Origin: Acidobacteriota bacterium
GTDB lineage: Bacteria > Actinomycetota > Acidimicrobiia > ATN3
Direction of reading: 5' to 3'
Assembly: GCA_003577105.1 (NCBI GenBank)
Contig: QEUQ01000004.1
Span: 22,156 to 86,155, forward strand
DNA length: 64,000 nt
Shown: one piece after another, positions 37,901 to 48,149 of the stretch
Position numbering within the stretch: the first letter of the stretch is position 1
Layout of the letters: each line of letters opens with the position of its first letter
Notes under the pieces: model-generated
Database searches by the model: none
What the model was told of the DNA's origin: nothing
Seen by the model: the letters and a program-made list of their open reading frames with translations, nothing else
Position numbers and translations under genes: made by a program

Positions 37901-40304
37901 CCGTTGTGAGGGCGAGGTGGAGGCCGGTCCAGTCATCGTCGTTGGCACAGAGCTCATCGAGTGACCGGTACTCGATCTTGAGTAGTCCACACTGCTCAAG
38001 GTTGGGCGAGGTGATGCGCCAGCCGCGCTTGAGGTCTTGGTAGAGGCGATAGCCGAGGACTTCGCGCATGGCACGGTAGGTGTCGTCTTTGGCCGCGTAC
38101 TTGACCTCTCGATCTGCCGCGAAGTCCTCCAAGCCAAGGTTGAGCGAATCAAGTACGCGATGAGGAAGTTCCTCATGGGTGAGCCCCTCGGGATCTGCCT
38201 CCTCGGCTGCGTTGAGGAGAGCCGCTCGGATCATCCCCGTCTGGATGAAGTCGTTGAAGTGACCGGCCTGAAGTGATGCATCTTGCCGGTCGTCGGTGAA
38301 GCTGAGGAGCTTGCGGGCTTGAGCCGCCAGATCTTGGTCGGCTTTGAGGCGGCGAACAAGCGACAGCGAGAGGATCGTCGTTGCGGTGGATCGCCCTTCG
38401 CTAGATAGCGTGCCGAGCTTGGCGAAGTCCGAGCGCTGCTTCGACGAGTAGGTGACCCCACACTTGATACAGAACTGGAATGGCGCATAGATCAGCGCGC
38501 AGTCGACACCGCTGCCGGTTGCGTCTGCTCCGTTCTGTGCGCCATCGGTGCCAACTCGAATCGCTCTGGGTATGTGCTTCTTGCTGTTGCGCTTGACCCG
38601 AGCGTCAGAACCGCTCCCTTCGATCCAGTCTTCTGGAATCAGCGAGATCTGTTCTGAAGGGCCGACCGGCCAAGGCTTGGTCTCACTCATATATAGGAAT
38701 GCAGGTTTCTTGCCAGAATCCTCGAAGCGATCGGTCAGCTCTCTGGGCGAGAAGGTGAGGTCGCTTTCGTCTTCGTCGTCGGAGGCATATACGACGTAGT
38801 ACTCCTGCCCGCATCCCGGATTTCGACAGAAGGCGATGGGCAGGAGAATCTTGTCGCGATCGCCGGGAACGAATTGCTGTGCTTCGGTTGTAATGTGGCG
38901 TTGATCGGCCGGTTCAAGCGATGCATAGGCGCTCGTTCCGCGGCCGATGAACTGGTGAAGTCTGAATGCGAAGACCGGGAAACCCGTTGCGGGGTTGGTG
39001 ATCGCGTTGCCGTCGAGGAGGGCTTGGCGGATGGCCGATGTGGCGGCATCGGGGTCTGTCGACGTGAGCTGCGCGAGTACTTCGGCCGCACCTCCGTGGC
39101 CGTCAATAGGCCGTGGCTTCTGGCGAATGTAAGTGCCGGTTTCGTCTTCACGTATCAGGCCGAAGGTGGACTCGATCCATTGCGCTAGCGGGTCTCCTTG
39201 GAGGTCAGCGAAATTCTCCGGCCGGTTGTAGTTGTTGATGCGCTTGCCCAGCGCATCCCGAAAAATCTCGCTGTTGAGATCGGGTTCGTGCGTCGCGCGG
39301 CGAAGTGTTTCGCCGATGACGTTCTTAGCATCGACCGTTGTGCCAAAGATCTGCGTGGCAACCTCAGCGACACGAGTCCGTTGCTCTTCTATGGAGCTGC
39401 CACCGGCGAGCGTTGCCGACGTGCCAACGCATTGAAGACTCGGTGAGTTGCAGGTTTCCCGCACCCGCCTGGCGAGCATCGCAACATCTGCGCCTTGGCG
39501 CCCCCGGTAGGTGTGGAGCTCGTCGAAGACCAAGAACTGAAGGCCCTCGGCTCCGGCAATCAGCTTGGCTTCTTGGGGGCGAGTCAAGATGAGCTCGAGC
39601 ATGACGTAGTTGGTGAGCAAGATGTCGGGAGGGTCAGTGATGATCGCCTGCTTGGCCTCCTCGTTTTCCTGTCCGGTGTAGCGGCGGAAGGTGACGGGCG
39701 GTTTGTTCTGCGGGTAGCCGTTGCAGAGGAACTTGGCGAGCTCGCCCTCTTGGGAGTTGGCGAGCGCATTCATCGGGTAGACGACAATCGCCTTGATCGA
39801 GCCTCCCGAGCCTTGACGCAGCACCCTGTCGACGATGGGAACGATGTAAGCAAGGCTCTTGCCCGACCCCGTGCCGGTGGTTAGCACGTAGTTCGCCTGG
39901 GTTGCTGCGGCTCTGATGGCCTCTTCCTGGTGCTTGTGGAGCTGGATCAGCTCGCCCTCGCGAGAGGTGCCGTCATCATTCTTGGCCTTGTCACGCCGAA
40001 AAATGCGTTCACACTCCGGGTGGAGCAGGCCTTCGGCGATTAGGTCTGGGATCGGAGCGCCACGCTCGAACGAAGGATTTAACTGGATGCGCGGCTCGGG
40101 CCAGAGGAGGCCACGGTCGAAATAGTCGCTGACTTTCGCCTCGATGCGCGCGTCAGCAATGTTGATGAAACTCCTCACGTATGAGGAGAAGTCATCGATC
40201 AGTCCTTCGCGGAGATCGAATATGTCCACTTGGTTCCGCCCCAGTCGGCCGCCCCGAATTGCAGCTTGTGACCGACCAATTGGGCTTCGCGACAGCGCTT
40301 GCAC
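34959..40304 (-). CDS. Giant (1781 aa) DEAH-box helicase fused to a DUF1998-like domain (as in DrmA+DrmB; DruE-like) with C-terminal DUF559/Vsr-like nuclease-fold domain
   Basis: Helicase motifs '[15 protein letters not shown]', 'FDELHTY', '[13 protein letters not shown]'. DUF1998-like Cys cluster '[33 protein letters not shown]'. C-terminal '[21 protein letters not shown]...[18 protein letters not shown]' resembles DUF559. Confidence 0.7.
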   Translation of the reverse strand: MQALSRSPIGRSQAAIRGGRLGRNQVDIFDLREGLIDDFSSYVRSFINIADARIEAKVSDYFDRGLLWPEPRIQLNPSFERGAPIPDLIAEGLLHPECERIFRRDKAKNDDGTSREGELIQLHKHQEEAIRAAATQANYVLTTGTGSGKSLAYIVPIVDRVLRQGSGGSIKAIVVYPMNALANSQEGELAKFLCNGYPQNKPPVTFRRYTGQENEEAKQAIITDPPDILLTNYVMLELILTRPQEAKLIAGAEGLQFLVFDELHTYRGRQGADVAMLARRVRETCNSPSLQCVGTSATLAGGSSIEEQRTRVAEVATQIFGTTVDAKNVIGETLRRATHEPDLNSEIFRDALGKRINNYNRPENFADLQGDPLAQWIESTFGLIREDETGTYIRQKPRPIDGHGGAAEVLAQLTSTDPDAATSAIRQALLDGNAITNPATGFPVFAFRLHQFIGRGTSAYASLEPADQRHITTEAQQFVPGDRDKILLPIAFCRNPGCGQEYYVVYASDDEDESDLTFSPRELTDRFEDSGKKPAFLYMSETKPWPVGPSEQISLIPEDWIEGSGSDARVKRNSKKHIPRAIRVGTDGAQNGADATGSGVDCALIYAPFQFCIKCGVTYSSKQRSDFAKLGTLSSEGRSTATTILSLSLVRRLKADQDLAAQARKLLSFTDDRQDASLQAGHFNDFIQTGMIRAALLNAAEEADPEGLTHEELPHRVLDSLNLGLEDFAADREVKYAAKDDTYRAMREVLGYRLYQDLKRGWRITSPNLEQCGLLKIEYRSLDELCANDDDWTGLHLALTTATPEVRAKVATTLLQFMRTELLIKVSYLDPVEQERIRSVSEQRLREPWAIDEGENLEKSGLLYPRVSKRGESSLNRYGSARSLIGQFLRKKSTFPNLESPIGSDEVPMVLLDLLENLRKAGLVECIDEAKGDQAGGYQLVAAGMKWVPGDGTPVRDELRTSGGDAEGTGDAEGTGQDNETATAIPDAANEFFTDFYRLAALSTKGLEAHEHTAQVPYEVRERREENFRSAQLPILYCSPTMELGVDIADLNAVHMRNVPPSPANYAQRSGRAGRQGQPAIVITYCTAGSPHDQYFFRRQDAMVSGEVSLPRIDLHNEDLIRSHVQAIWLRATGVDLHKSLRDILDLENETGHYPLKDHVAEALRSKTAASTARTRAASMLDEIDLRPGDPDWYSDYWLDEVISQCPSQLDRACDRWRELYFAAQSQHRNQNAVIQNAATAAEARKTATRLRNEAEQQIKILLSSEGKVSQSDFYSYRYFASQGFLPGYSFPRLPISAYIPARRRNKGFDEYLSRPRFLAISEFGPRAIVYHEGAKYQINGVIFAGSKDTDEMNALTSTAKLCESCGYIHEIPQPPGPDECHLCGGALGFARSDLFRMRNANTRRRQRITSDEEDRLRIGYEIHAFFRFGGSGNSTHRRIGQVEINGDEWGRLSYGSSATIWRVNAGWRRRKKQDAWGFQLDTQNGYWGRNDELSEDEDPGDPMSASKRMVVPYVDDKKNCLLIEPGDDLGTAEIKSLQAALAAAIGIVYELEENEIASEALPTGGDPRRLLFYEAAEGGAGVLRQLVDDPNALAGIAGKALEICHFDPETGDDLRRADNAEEDCEKACYNCLMTYRNQRDHKALDRKAIRQLLMDLTNAKVAASPGPLTRAEHRARLEKLCDSDLEREWLKFVDEANLDMPDAAQVKIDGHYVQPDFFYKSYSAAVFIDGPIHDNADVAKGDAEKRDALTDAGYTIIVFGYDKSAWPEIAAGYPEIFGTP

Positions 40305-40340
40305 GGCCAGCTCGATGCTGCGTCGAGAAGACTAACGCGC

Positions 40341-40351
40341 GGGTGTGACAC
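40341..40351 (-). promoter_or_regulatory. Recurrent motif (GTGTCACACCC) 37 bp upstream of the DISARM-like operon start
   Basis: Same core as the motifs upstream of TA toxin genes. Confidence 0.3.
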
Positions 40352-40777
40352 TCTGCCGTGAGTCTTCCGGCGGGACTCGTTGTGCTCACACGGATTTGTC
40401 GCACCTGGTGGCTAGTGTGCGACTTGCCGGGGCTGACCGTCAGCCGCTTCCTCTTGGTGCTATCTCGCTCAAGGGGAGCCATGCGTTTCATCCGCAACGT
40501 CGAGGACGACAACGGTGATTTGGTCGAACTCATCTACTACTGCAGCTGGCTCTGCTTTTCGACTGAGTCTGACGCGGCGGTCGCGTCGCTGACCGGCGGT
40601 GCCTGGCCGTGCTTAGACTCGGAGCTGACTCTTCCGGCGGTTTGCCGAGGGTGTGGCCGACCCGTCGGTGCAAGCGACTCGATTGAAGTCGAACTGGAAC
40701 TGCATTCGTCGGCCCATGGCGCCTCGACGGATCTCGCTGAGCGATACTTTGGGTCTGGTTTTCGAGAAAGGGGGCGC

Positions 40778-41911
40778 ATGGCGCGCACGCCCAAAGTTCC
40801 GGTTACTCCGAGCCTCTTGAGCTGGGCCAGGGAGCTTTCGGGATACTCGCTGACCGACATCGCCAAACGCGTAGGGGTCAAGGACGCTACCCGTGTGGCC
40901 GCGTGGGAGGCCGGCGACGATCAGCCGACCCTCGCTCAAGTTCGAAAGCTCGCTGCGAGCTATGGCCGAACTCCAGCGTTCTTCTTTCTGAAGACCCCTC
41001 CGCCATCAGATCTTCCTAAGGAACCGGATTTTCGTGGTCTCACCGTCCGCGGCAGCCTAAGTCCAAAGCTCCGTCGTGAAATGCGCCTCGCTGCAGAGCG
41101 CCGTGCTAGCTACATTGAACTGCACGGTGCAGATGACTTCAGGCTCGCGGAGTTAGGCGTCTCGCTAGATCAGCCCGAGACCGCGGCGCGAGTGGTTCGC
41201 GACGCATTGGGCGTCTCGATTCGCGAGCAGTTCGAAGCGCGCGACAACAGTTGGGCATATTCGCTCTGGCTGTCCGCGATCGAGAATTCGGGGGTACTGG
41301 TCTTTCAAATGAGTCGGGTACCGCTCGCGGAGACACGCGGTTTCTCGATATTCGAGCCTGAGTCACCCGTGATTGTCTTGAACGGCGCTGATGTCCCTCA
41401 GGCGAAGAGTTTTACGCTCTTCCATGAGTTGGGCCATCTCCTCGAGAGTTCTGGCGGCATTTGTGGCTGGACAGACGATGCGGCTGAGCGACGTTGCAAC
41501 GCTTTTGCTGCCGACGCGCTGATGCCAGGTGCTGAGTTTCTGCACGAGCTCGGCGACCGCGACCCAATCGAGGCCATTTCCGATCTGGCAAGTCGTTTCC
41601 GGGTCAGTCGTGAGGCGGCCGCAGTTCGATTGAAAGTACTCGGCAGATTGGAACAACAGGATCTAGACCGCATTCGCCAGGAGACAGCTGACTGGGTCGC
41701 CGAAAACAGGCAGCGAGCAAGCGATCGGGAGGGCGGGCCACCGCATCACCTGATCCACCTTCGCAATCTCGGTCAGCGTTACGTCGAGGCTGTGCTCGAC
41801 GCCTATCAAGACGATCGGATCACGTTCGCCGATGCTGCCTTCTACCTAGATGCGAAGGTCCCGACGATTCAGCGCATGGAGCAAGCGCTTCAAGATCGAA
41901 ATGCGAGCTAG
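40778..41911 (+). CDS. HTH (XRE) + ImmA/IrrE-family metallopeptidase (COG2856) regulator
   Basis: HTH 'LTDIAKRVGVKDATRVAAWEAG' and HEXXH 'FTLFHELGHLL'. The longer ORF from 40358 has a non-conserved N-terminal extension, so the internal Met at 40778 is preferred. Confidence 0.7.
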   Translation: MARTPKVPVTPSLLSWARELSGYSLTDIAKRVGVKDATRVAAWEAGDDQPTLAQVRKLAASYGRTPAFFFLKTPPPSDLPKEPDFRGLTVRGSLSPKLRREMRLAAERRASYIELHGADDFRLAELGVSLDQPETAARVVRDALGVSIREQFEARDNSWAYSLWLSAIENSGVLVFQMSRVPLAETRGFSIFEPESPVIVLNGADVPQAKSFTLFHELGHLLESSGGICGWTDDAAERRCNAFAADALMPGAEFLHELGDRDPIEAISDLASRFRVSREAAAVRLKVLGRLEQQDLDRIRQETADWVAENRQRASDREGGPPHHLIHLRNLGQRYVEAVLDAYQDDRITFADAAFYLDAKVPTIQRMEQALQDRNAS

Positions 41912-41914
41912 GCG

Positions 41915-42400
41915 GTGCCGGCTGTGCCCGCCGACAGTTACTGCATCGACACCAATGTCGTTATGGACCTCGGGCGTGTCTATCCGCGCGACGTGTTCCC
42001 AGGCGTGTGGGAATCAATCGAGACGCTCGTCGTCGAGGGGAGGGCTGTCATCCCCAGAGAGGTCCTCGATGAGTTGGAGCGACATGATCCCGACGCCTAC
42101 GAATGGGCGAAGGGACTCGATGACTTCGTGGTTGAACCTGACGATCACGAAATAGCAATCGTCGCGGAAATCGCCGAGAACCATCCCGATTGGGTGCAAG
42201 GGCGCAAGAACGCCGCCGACCCCTTTGTGGTCGCGAACGCGTCTGGTCACGGGAGAATTGTCGTTACACATGAAAGGCGGCGCGGGCCGGGCGTCTTGGA
42301 TCACAATCTCGGCATACCCAACGTCGCTGACGAATACGATCTCGAATGCATCTCGCTGCAAGAACTCGCTCGCCGTGAGCAATGGCAATTCAAGCGATAG
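41915..42400 (+). CDS. DUF4411-like PIN-fold protein (partner of ImmA/IrrE regulators)
   Basis: 'YCIDTNVVMDL' PIN-like N-terminus, 4 bp after the ImmA gene. This pairing is a known TA-like module. Confidence 0.55.
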   Translation: MPAVPADSYCIDTNVVMDLGRVYPRDVFPGVWESIETLVVEGRAVIPREVLDELERHDPDAYEWAKGLDDFVVEPDDHEIAIVAEIAENHPDWVQGRKNAADPFVVANASGHGRIVVTHERRRGPGVLDHNLGIPNVADEYDLECISLQELARREQWQFKR

Positions 42401-42472
42401 GTCGGCTCAAGTCCCCCAACCGAATCGCGTGGCAGCAGCGACGGGTGGAAGGCTGGCTGCACTTCGCTTGAG

Positions 42473-44380
42473 TCACAGGCAGCCGTCGTAGAGTTCGGCG
42501 TTGACCTTGAATCCGCTGTCAATGAAACGGACGACGTCATTTTCCGTGTGGAAGACCAGCGAGGTGCCGACGTTTGTCGGAAGGACTGGATCGACCTGGA
42601 CGATTGACCACGGCGGGTACTCTCCCTTGATGTTGAGATGGGTTCGGCCGGAGTAGGTACCGATGACCTGTGTTCCCGTATTGCCGATTCCGAGACCTTC
42701 TGCAGTGAGACTTGTCGAAGTTCCGTAGACGCGAGTGCTCACGATCACGCCGTAGTTGAGCATGAACCGGATGTCCCAGCCTGTCGGAGCCGCGTAGCGG
42801 CAAGAGCCATCGCCATAGAAATCCATACCAAGCGTGTATGTGAATCCCCCGATCTGGGCAGCCTCTGTAATCGACATCCCCGCGCGAATCGGGCCAATAC
42901 CTCTATGGTGGATGCGCGATGCCGCCGACAGGTAGGGCTCAGGCGCAGCCGGCGGACCGGGCTGGGCAGCGCCAACATGGCCGCCGTCTGCGAATCCTTT
43001 ATAGGTGAAATACATCGGGCGCTCGGTGACGATTGGCTGGTCTGACGCGACGCGCGCCGAGTCATCGACCCCGACGCCAAGATCGTTGCCGACCGCGAGC
43101 GTTCGGCGAGAGTTGGCCGGAACCATCAGTGATGTCGACGCCGTGGCCCCACCGGGGAACTGGTATGCGACGGTCACCCGTGCGTCGATGCCACCGGGAT
43201 TCTGAAACGTCAGGTACTCGTCGAATCCGGGGCCTGTGTAGCCCTCGGCGAAGTAGCCGGTTGTAAGCGGCGCGCTCTGCCCGACGACGACGCTGCCGCC
43301 ATCGACCGAACCCTTGTAGTTGAAGTACATCGGGCGCTCGGCCAGCACAGGCTGGTCTGAGGTGACTTTGGCCGAGACCTCTTGGTTGGCACCGACAACG
43401 TTGTTGACCCGCACGGTCGAGCGGGCGTGTGGCGGCACCACAAGCGCATTGCCAAAGGGCGTGCCCGAAGACGACTGATATGCGATCGAGACGTTGGCCG
43501 CGACCGATCCGGGGTTCTGCAGCGTGATGTACTCGTCGAATCCGGCGCCGGTATAGCCCTCGGCGAAGTAAAGGGTGGTGGCGGCTGCACTTTGCGCGGG
43601 CGAGACGTGTCCGTCGGTGATCGACCCGTGATAGGTGAAGTACATCGGACGCTCGGCCAGTATCGGCGCATCCGAGGTGAGCTTGGCACTCACCTCTTGG
43701 CCGGGGCCGACCTCGGCGTTGACGTTGACGGTCTGGCGCGAGGTCGGAGCGACTACATGTTGGGTGTTGATCACCGGTCCGGTGCCGAGCTGGTACTCGA
43801 TGTCGACGGTGGCCGGTGCGCCACCCGGGTTCTGCAACGTGATGTACTCGTCAAAGCCCAGGCCGGTGTACCCCTCTGCAAAGTACATCGTCTGGGCGAG
43901 CTGGCTCTGGCCGGATGCGACGTGCCCGCCCGTGACCGACCCCTTGTAGGTGAAATACATCGGGCGCTCGGCGAAGATCACCTGATCTGACTCGATCTTG
44001 GCGCTCACCTCTTGGCCGGGGCCGACCTCTGAGTTGACGTTGACAGTGGCGCGTGAGTTGGGCGCGACCTGGCGGCTGGTGTTGATCGTCGCCCCGGTGC
44101 CGGTCTGGTAAGTGATGTCGACGTTGGCCGTGGCCGTTGTCGGGTTCTGAATGGTGAGGTACTCCTCGAAGCCCGGCCCCGTATAGCCCTCGGCGAAGTA
44201 GAGGGTTGTTACCGGGGATGGGATGCGGGCCGTGTCGTGGGCCCTGGCCGTTGCGGTTGCCGGTGTCGCGGGCGTCGCGGCGATCACGAGCGCGGCGATT
44301 GCGGCGAGAGCTGCCGCCCTTCGGCGTTCTTGCGGCCGCCGCCGCCTCTGCCTCTGGTTCGTCCGACCCGTCTGCGCCAT
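42473..44380 (-). CDS. Tat-signal secreted protein with four tandem ~100-aa repeat domains
   Basis: 'RRRRPQERRRAAALAAIAAL' Tat-like N-terminus. Repeats of 'YFAEGYTG.GF.EY.T.QNP....V...YQ...G......VAP.SR.TV.VN..VG..QEVSAK..SD.P...ERPMYF.Y.G'. Confidence 0.55.
   Translation of the reverse strand: MAQTGRTNQRQRRRRPQERRRAAALAAIAALVIAATPATPATATARAHDTARIPSPVTTLYFAEGYTGPGFEEYLTIQNPTTATANVDITYQTGTGATINTSRQVAPNSRATVNVNSEVGPGQEVSAKIESDQVIFAERPMYFTYKGSVTGGHVASGQSQLAQTMYFAEGYTGLGFDEYITLQNPGGAPATVDIEYQLGTGPVINTQHVVAPTSRQTVNVNAEVGPGQEVSAKLTSDAPILAERPMYFTYHGSITDGHVSPAQSAAATTLYFAEGYTGAGFDEYITLQNPGSVAANVSIAYQSSSGTPFGNALVVPPHARSTVRVNNVVGANQEVSAKVTSDQPVLAERPMYFNYKGSVDGGSVVVGQSAPLTTGYFAEGYTGPGFDEYLTFQNPGGIDARVTVAYQFPGGATASTSLMVPANSRRTLAVGNDLGVGVDDSARVASDQPIVTERPMYFTYKGFADGGHVGAAQPGPPAAPEPYLSAASRIHHRGIGPIRAGMSITEAAQIGGFTYTLGMDFYGDGSCRYAAPTGWDIRFMLNYGVIVSTRVYGTSTSLTAEGLGIGNTGTQVIGTYSGRTHLNIKGEYPPWSIVQVDPVLPTNVGTSLVFHTENDVVRFIDSGFKVNAELYDGCL
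43015..44209 (-). repeat. Four tandem ~300-bp coding repeats inside 42473-44380
   Basis: Seen as four near-identical peptide repeats in the ORF. Confidence 0.6.
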
Positions 44381-44725
44381 GTTGCGAATCCCTCATGCCG
44401 ATTCGGCGATGCGCTTCGGTCGTCGAGCCTACCCGAGACAAACGCGACCCCATCACTGGCATCAAGAATTGAGTAAACCGGGGCACAGCCTTTGAGCTGC
44501 CCCCAAATCCCTTAACCGGGCCGTCCCGTCCGGATTGCTTTGGGCGTTCAATTCTTCGGAGCAGGCCTCGCGGTCTCTCCAGTCACACTCCCTCAGCCAC
44601 CTCGGCAATCCGATCGGAACGGAATCTAGGGCACGAGGGAGGTTAGATGTCACACCGCTCGCATACGCTCGGCTTCGATCACTTCCCCCGCCCATCCGAA
44701 CGGCGGTGAGAAGGAGTCTCCAAGA

Positions 44726-44920
44726 ATGAAGGTGAGAGAGGTGATCAAGTTGCTCGAACGAGACGGCTGGTACCAAGTCGCGATGCGCGGCAGCCATCGG
44801 CAATTCAAGAACACGAGAAAACCCGGGCGGGTGACAGTCGCCGGAAGCCCTTCTGACGATCTTGCTCCGGGTACGCTTAACAGCATCCTCAAACAAGCCC
44901 AATTGAAGGGTCGATACTGA
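44726..44920 (+). CDS. hicA: HicA-family toxin
   Basis: 'KLLERDGWYQVAMRGSHRQF' HicA signature, 64 aa. Confidence 0.8.
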   Translation: MKVREVIKLLERDGWYQVAMRGSHRQFKNTRKPGRVTVAGSPSDDLAPGTLNSILKQAQLKGRY

Positions 44921-45126
44921 TGCGCTACGCCGTTGTCATCGAGAAGGCTGACGGGAATTTGTCGGCGTACGTACCCGATCTTCCGGGATGTGTCGCGACC
45001 GGCAGAACCCGCGAGGAGGTCGAGAGGAACATCCGCGAGGCAATCCGATTTCATATCGACGGCCTGCTTGAAGACGGCGCGCCGGTGCCAGACCCAGAGT
45101 TCGACTTCGAGTACGTCGACGCCTAG
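44920..45126 (+). CDS. hicB: HicB-family antitoxin
   Basis: 'YAVVIEKADGNLSAYVPDLPGCVATGRTREEVERNIREAI' UPF0150/HicB; overlaps the hicA stop. Confidence 0.8.
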   Translation: MRYAVVIEKADGNLSAYVPDLPGCVATGRTREEVERNIREAIRFHIDGLLEDGAPVPDPEFDFEYVDA

Positions 45127-45509
45127 GTACCTGGTATCGGGCTGAGCAAGCGCGGCAATGCCTTTCTTGAAATGCGCGGGGGCACGCACAGTCTCAAGAG
45201 GCCGTAGCACATCGAACTTGGTCCAGATTGGCTACTGGGGCAACCGACCATTCGCGGGCGGCGGATCCAAGAGGAAGAAGCTGCCCGGATTGCCGAGGCG
45301 CCGGGCGCTTCTGAGAATCCGGCGCGACGACTCCGAGCTTTCGAATGACGCAATAGGCGACGCCAGGCGATGGTTCGGCCTCGCTAACCACCTAGCGAGG
45401 CAATGCGTTTGAGGCCCGAGCCACGGTTAGTGCGGGTGCTGTCCTGGACGAGTCCTCAAATCCCGACGAATGCCAGGCCGGGGCGAGGTCGCTTGCCGGC
45501 AGACACGAA

Positions 45510-48095
45510 TCACATGCCGAGGAGCTCTCGCAGCCGGGCCGGACGCATGACAACGTCGAAATCCTCGGAGTCTGCGACCGACTCCCTCTCGAAGCTGGCG
45601 ATCAAGCGGTCCAGCTCTTCACGCCGGGTCGGGTCCTCGGCCGCCTCGCGCGGAGTCAGACCGCCCAGGGCGGGCACCGGTTGTTCGCACCATCGTTCTT
45701 CATAGCGGTCGCGGTACTCCGCCATTAAGGCCCGGGCCTCGAGAGGGATCTCCTCATCGCTCAACGAAGCTCCCGCCGACTCGGCCATCTCAGATGCGCG
45801 AGCCTGCACCGTCGCAACATCTAACGGTTCGCGCCGTTCGGAGACGACCAGGCAACCGCCCGGCATACGGTCAAGCAATGCAAGCACTCTGCGGGCCCGT
45901 TCTTCACTGTTCACATTCACAGTAAGCCGGCTGCCGTTGAGTGCAAGCTGAGCGCGGATAATCGACTCATCTTCGTCGAGGTCGTGCACCTCGACCCAGC
46001 CATCCCGCTCTCCTTCGAAGTTCGCGTCGAGGAAATCGACTGCCTCGGGTGGATTAGCAACCTCAAGCTCGATCTCGCAGAGCACGAGATCATCACCTTC
46101 TCGATTTGCCAGGCGCGGTGGCGCGTGTGCTGCAGAGAACCATTCGGCAATGGAATACGGATCACCGTCGTCGAGTATCGCGAGCAACCCCCGTTCGTGG
46201 CCGGGCTCGACAACGATGATTCCGCCCACGAATTGGTAACCGCCGCCGTCTGGCACCGGGCGCGCACAGATCATCATCTTCGGATGCGCGATCTCGCTGA
46301 ACGACCGCTCGCGCACCTCGACGCTCTCGCCGGTCCGGAGGTCTCGCAAGGTAAGTCCCTCGCCAGCCTCTACGTCGATCACCTCGAAGACGCTCCGCTC
46401 AACGAACAGCCACGAATGCGCCAGCACCGATTCGTCCTCTGGCAACAGCGGGCCCCGCTCCTCCAAGAAACGCTCAAACCAGCCTCCCTCGGTAAGCGCG
46501 AGGTCGATCACGATCGGGTCTGAGAGCGCTTCGAGAATCGAATCGTTGTCGTGCGGGTCGACGGCCCGGGCCGAGGCCAGAGTCATCACGGCCATGCGCG
46601 CATTCCTGCCGCGCCTCTCAAGAAAGCACGTTGCCTTGCGACAAAGCCAGCCGATGCGATCAGGCAGCGGGGGCAGCTCGGTAATGCCGAGGTGGCATTG
46701 CTTGTACTTCCGGCCCGATCCACACCAGCAGGGCTCGTTCCTTCCCATCTTCGCAGTGCTTGTGCGCGCGAATTCCCTGACTTCAGCGAGAGGCACCTCT
46801 ATCGCCGAAGATGTGGCCACGCGGCCCCAGTACCGCGCCGCGAGCGGGGCGTCGCCACGGTCTGACGCGTACCATCCGAGCCTGTCGAGTGCCGGCTCAA
46901 AATCGCCGTCGGCTTCAATTGCGGCCTTCAGATGTTCCTCAGCAACTTCGGGCTCAAGTGACCGCTCGGCACAAATTGCAGAGATGTATCGGGCGATCGC
47001 CTTCTCACGCCGTGTGCGCGCAGCCCCTGCCAGCGCCTTAGCGAATTGAGCTCGCGACTCCGGCTCGAGATACGCGCTGGCCGCAGGTGGTTCTCTGTAC
47101 GGCTGGTCGAAAAGTTCGTCACAGACGATTTCAAGGACTTCGGGTTTCGACATCACGCTCAGGTGTTCTCTCAAGTCCTCGGCCGTCGGCGGACCTTCGT
47201 ATTCGGTGAGCAACTCGACGTCGATGCCCGATGCGACGTCGGCGGTATCGAGAACCCTCAGGACCGGCAAAGTGAGGTTCGAGTCGCGGCCGAGCTCATC
47301 CATTACTCGTCCCAGGCGTATCACGCGGGTAAGGCTGTGCCAGACAGACGCGTCGTGAGCTACGTCTCGCCCTCGAACCTCAAGCCCTGCCTGGTGATAC
47401 AGCTCGGAGAGAGGCGGAGCGGCCGAGCTGAACGCGTCGGGAGCGTCAAGAAGCACAGCCAGCAGCAACTCCTCTGCGCTGACGGGCAGCCACGGCTCTT
47501 CCACCTCCACGTCGTAAGCTGCGCGCACCGCGGCGACCAAGGCGCCGCTGGTTTTCGGGTCGGCATTCACCCGAGCAATCATCAGCCTGCCACGGTCGTC
47601 GGAGCTAGCCGAGTCGACTCTGATCGCGACGGCTTTGCCCGCCTCGAAGCCGTCGAGCCAGCCCGGCGGACCGTGCCAGGTGATGGCACCGCCGGGGCCG
47701 TCCCAGATCTCGATCACGGTCGTCTCGTCGTCTGCCAAATTGAGCACGTCGTAGCCGCGAAAGCCGGCCAGGTCACACGTGGCGCCGATGACCCCCGACT
47801 GCTGCTCGGCCTCGGTCAGGCGGTGGGTTAGTGTGATTCCATCGGTTAGACCGCGCTTGTGGACCACGCGATCGGGCGCAAGCAGTGCGAATGGGCCGTA
47901 GTCGCGGTCTATGAGTTCTTCGAATACCTCGTCGAGCAGCGCTCGGTCAGACTGATTGGTGTCGTCGAGTCCGAGCCGGTCGCACACCGCACGGTCGAGG
48001 TCGGCGCATCCGATTCCCTGGTCTGCCGCAACGATTTCGATCATTGCCGCTTCGACCCGCGCGGGTGAGTCTTCGGGCAGATCCTCAATCTTCAT
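45510..48095 (-). CDS. Large SEC-C-motif protein (861 aa), otherwise unknown
   Basis: 'NEPCWCGSGRKYKQCH' SEC-C metal-binding motif in the middle; the rest has no recognised domain. Confidence 0.5.
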   Translation of the reverse strand: MKIEDLPEDSPARVEAAMIEIVAADQGIGCADLDRAVCDRLGLDDTNQSDRALLDEVFEELIDRDYGPFALLAPDRVVHKRGLTDGITLTHRLTEAEQQSGVIGATCDLAGFRGYDVLNLADDETTVIEIWDGPGGAITWHGPPGWLDGFEAGKAVAIRVDSASSDDRGRLMIARVNADPKTSGALVAAVRAAYDVEVEEPWLPVSAEELLLAVLLDAPDAFSSAAPPLSELYHQAGLEVRGRDVAHDASVWHSLTRVIRLGRVMDELGRDSNLTLPVLRVLDTADVASGIDVELLTEYEGPPTAEDLREHLSVMSKPEVLEIVCDELFDQPYREPPAASAYLEPESRAQFAKALAGAARTRREKAIARYISAICAERSLEPEVAEEHLKAAIEADGDFEPALDRLGWYASDRGDAPLAARYWGRVATSSAIEVPLAEVREFARTSTAKMGRNEPCWCGSGRKYKQCHLGITELPPLPDRIGWLCRKATCFLERRGRNARMAVMTLASARAVDPHDNDSILEALSDPIVIDLALTEGGWFERFLEERGPLLPEDESVLAHSWLFVERSVFEVIDVEAGEGLTLRDLRTGESVEVRERSFSEIAHPKMMICARPVPDGGGYQFVGGIIVVEPGHERGLLAILDDGDPYSIAEWFSAAHAPPRLANREGDDLVLCEIELEVANPPEAVDFLDANFEGERDGWVEVHDLDEDESIIRAQLALNGSRLTVNVNSEERARRVLALLDRMPGGCLVVSERREPLDVATVQARASEMAESAGASLSDEEIPLEARALMAEYRDRYEERWCEQPVPALGGLTPREAAEDPTRREELDRLIASFERESVADSEDFDVVMRPARLRELLGM

Positions 48096-48149
48096 TGTGA
48101 CTGAGACTAGCAGCGACCGTTGGTCCTCGTGGTTCCCCGCGATCTCGCT

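Noticed and set aside
35200-40300. Many 60-140-aa ORFs on the plus strand inside the giant helicase gene
   Set aside because: All lie antisense within a continuous 1781-aa ORF with clear helicase motifs. None has a recognisable domain.
40358-40777. N-terminal 140-aa extension of the ImmA/IrrE ORF ('MSLPAGLVVLTRICRTWWLVCDL...')
   Set aside because: No domain, and the HTH starts just after the internal Met at 40778. The extension overlaps the promoter and motif region of the divergent operon, so it is treated as non-coding.
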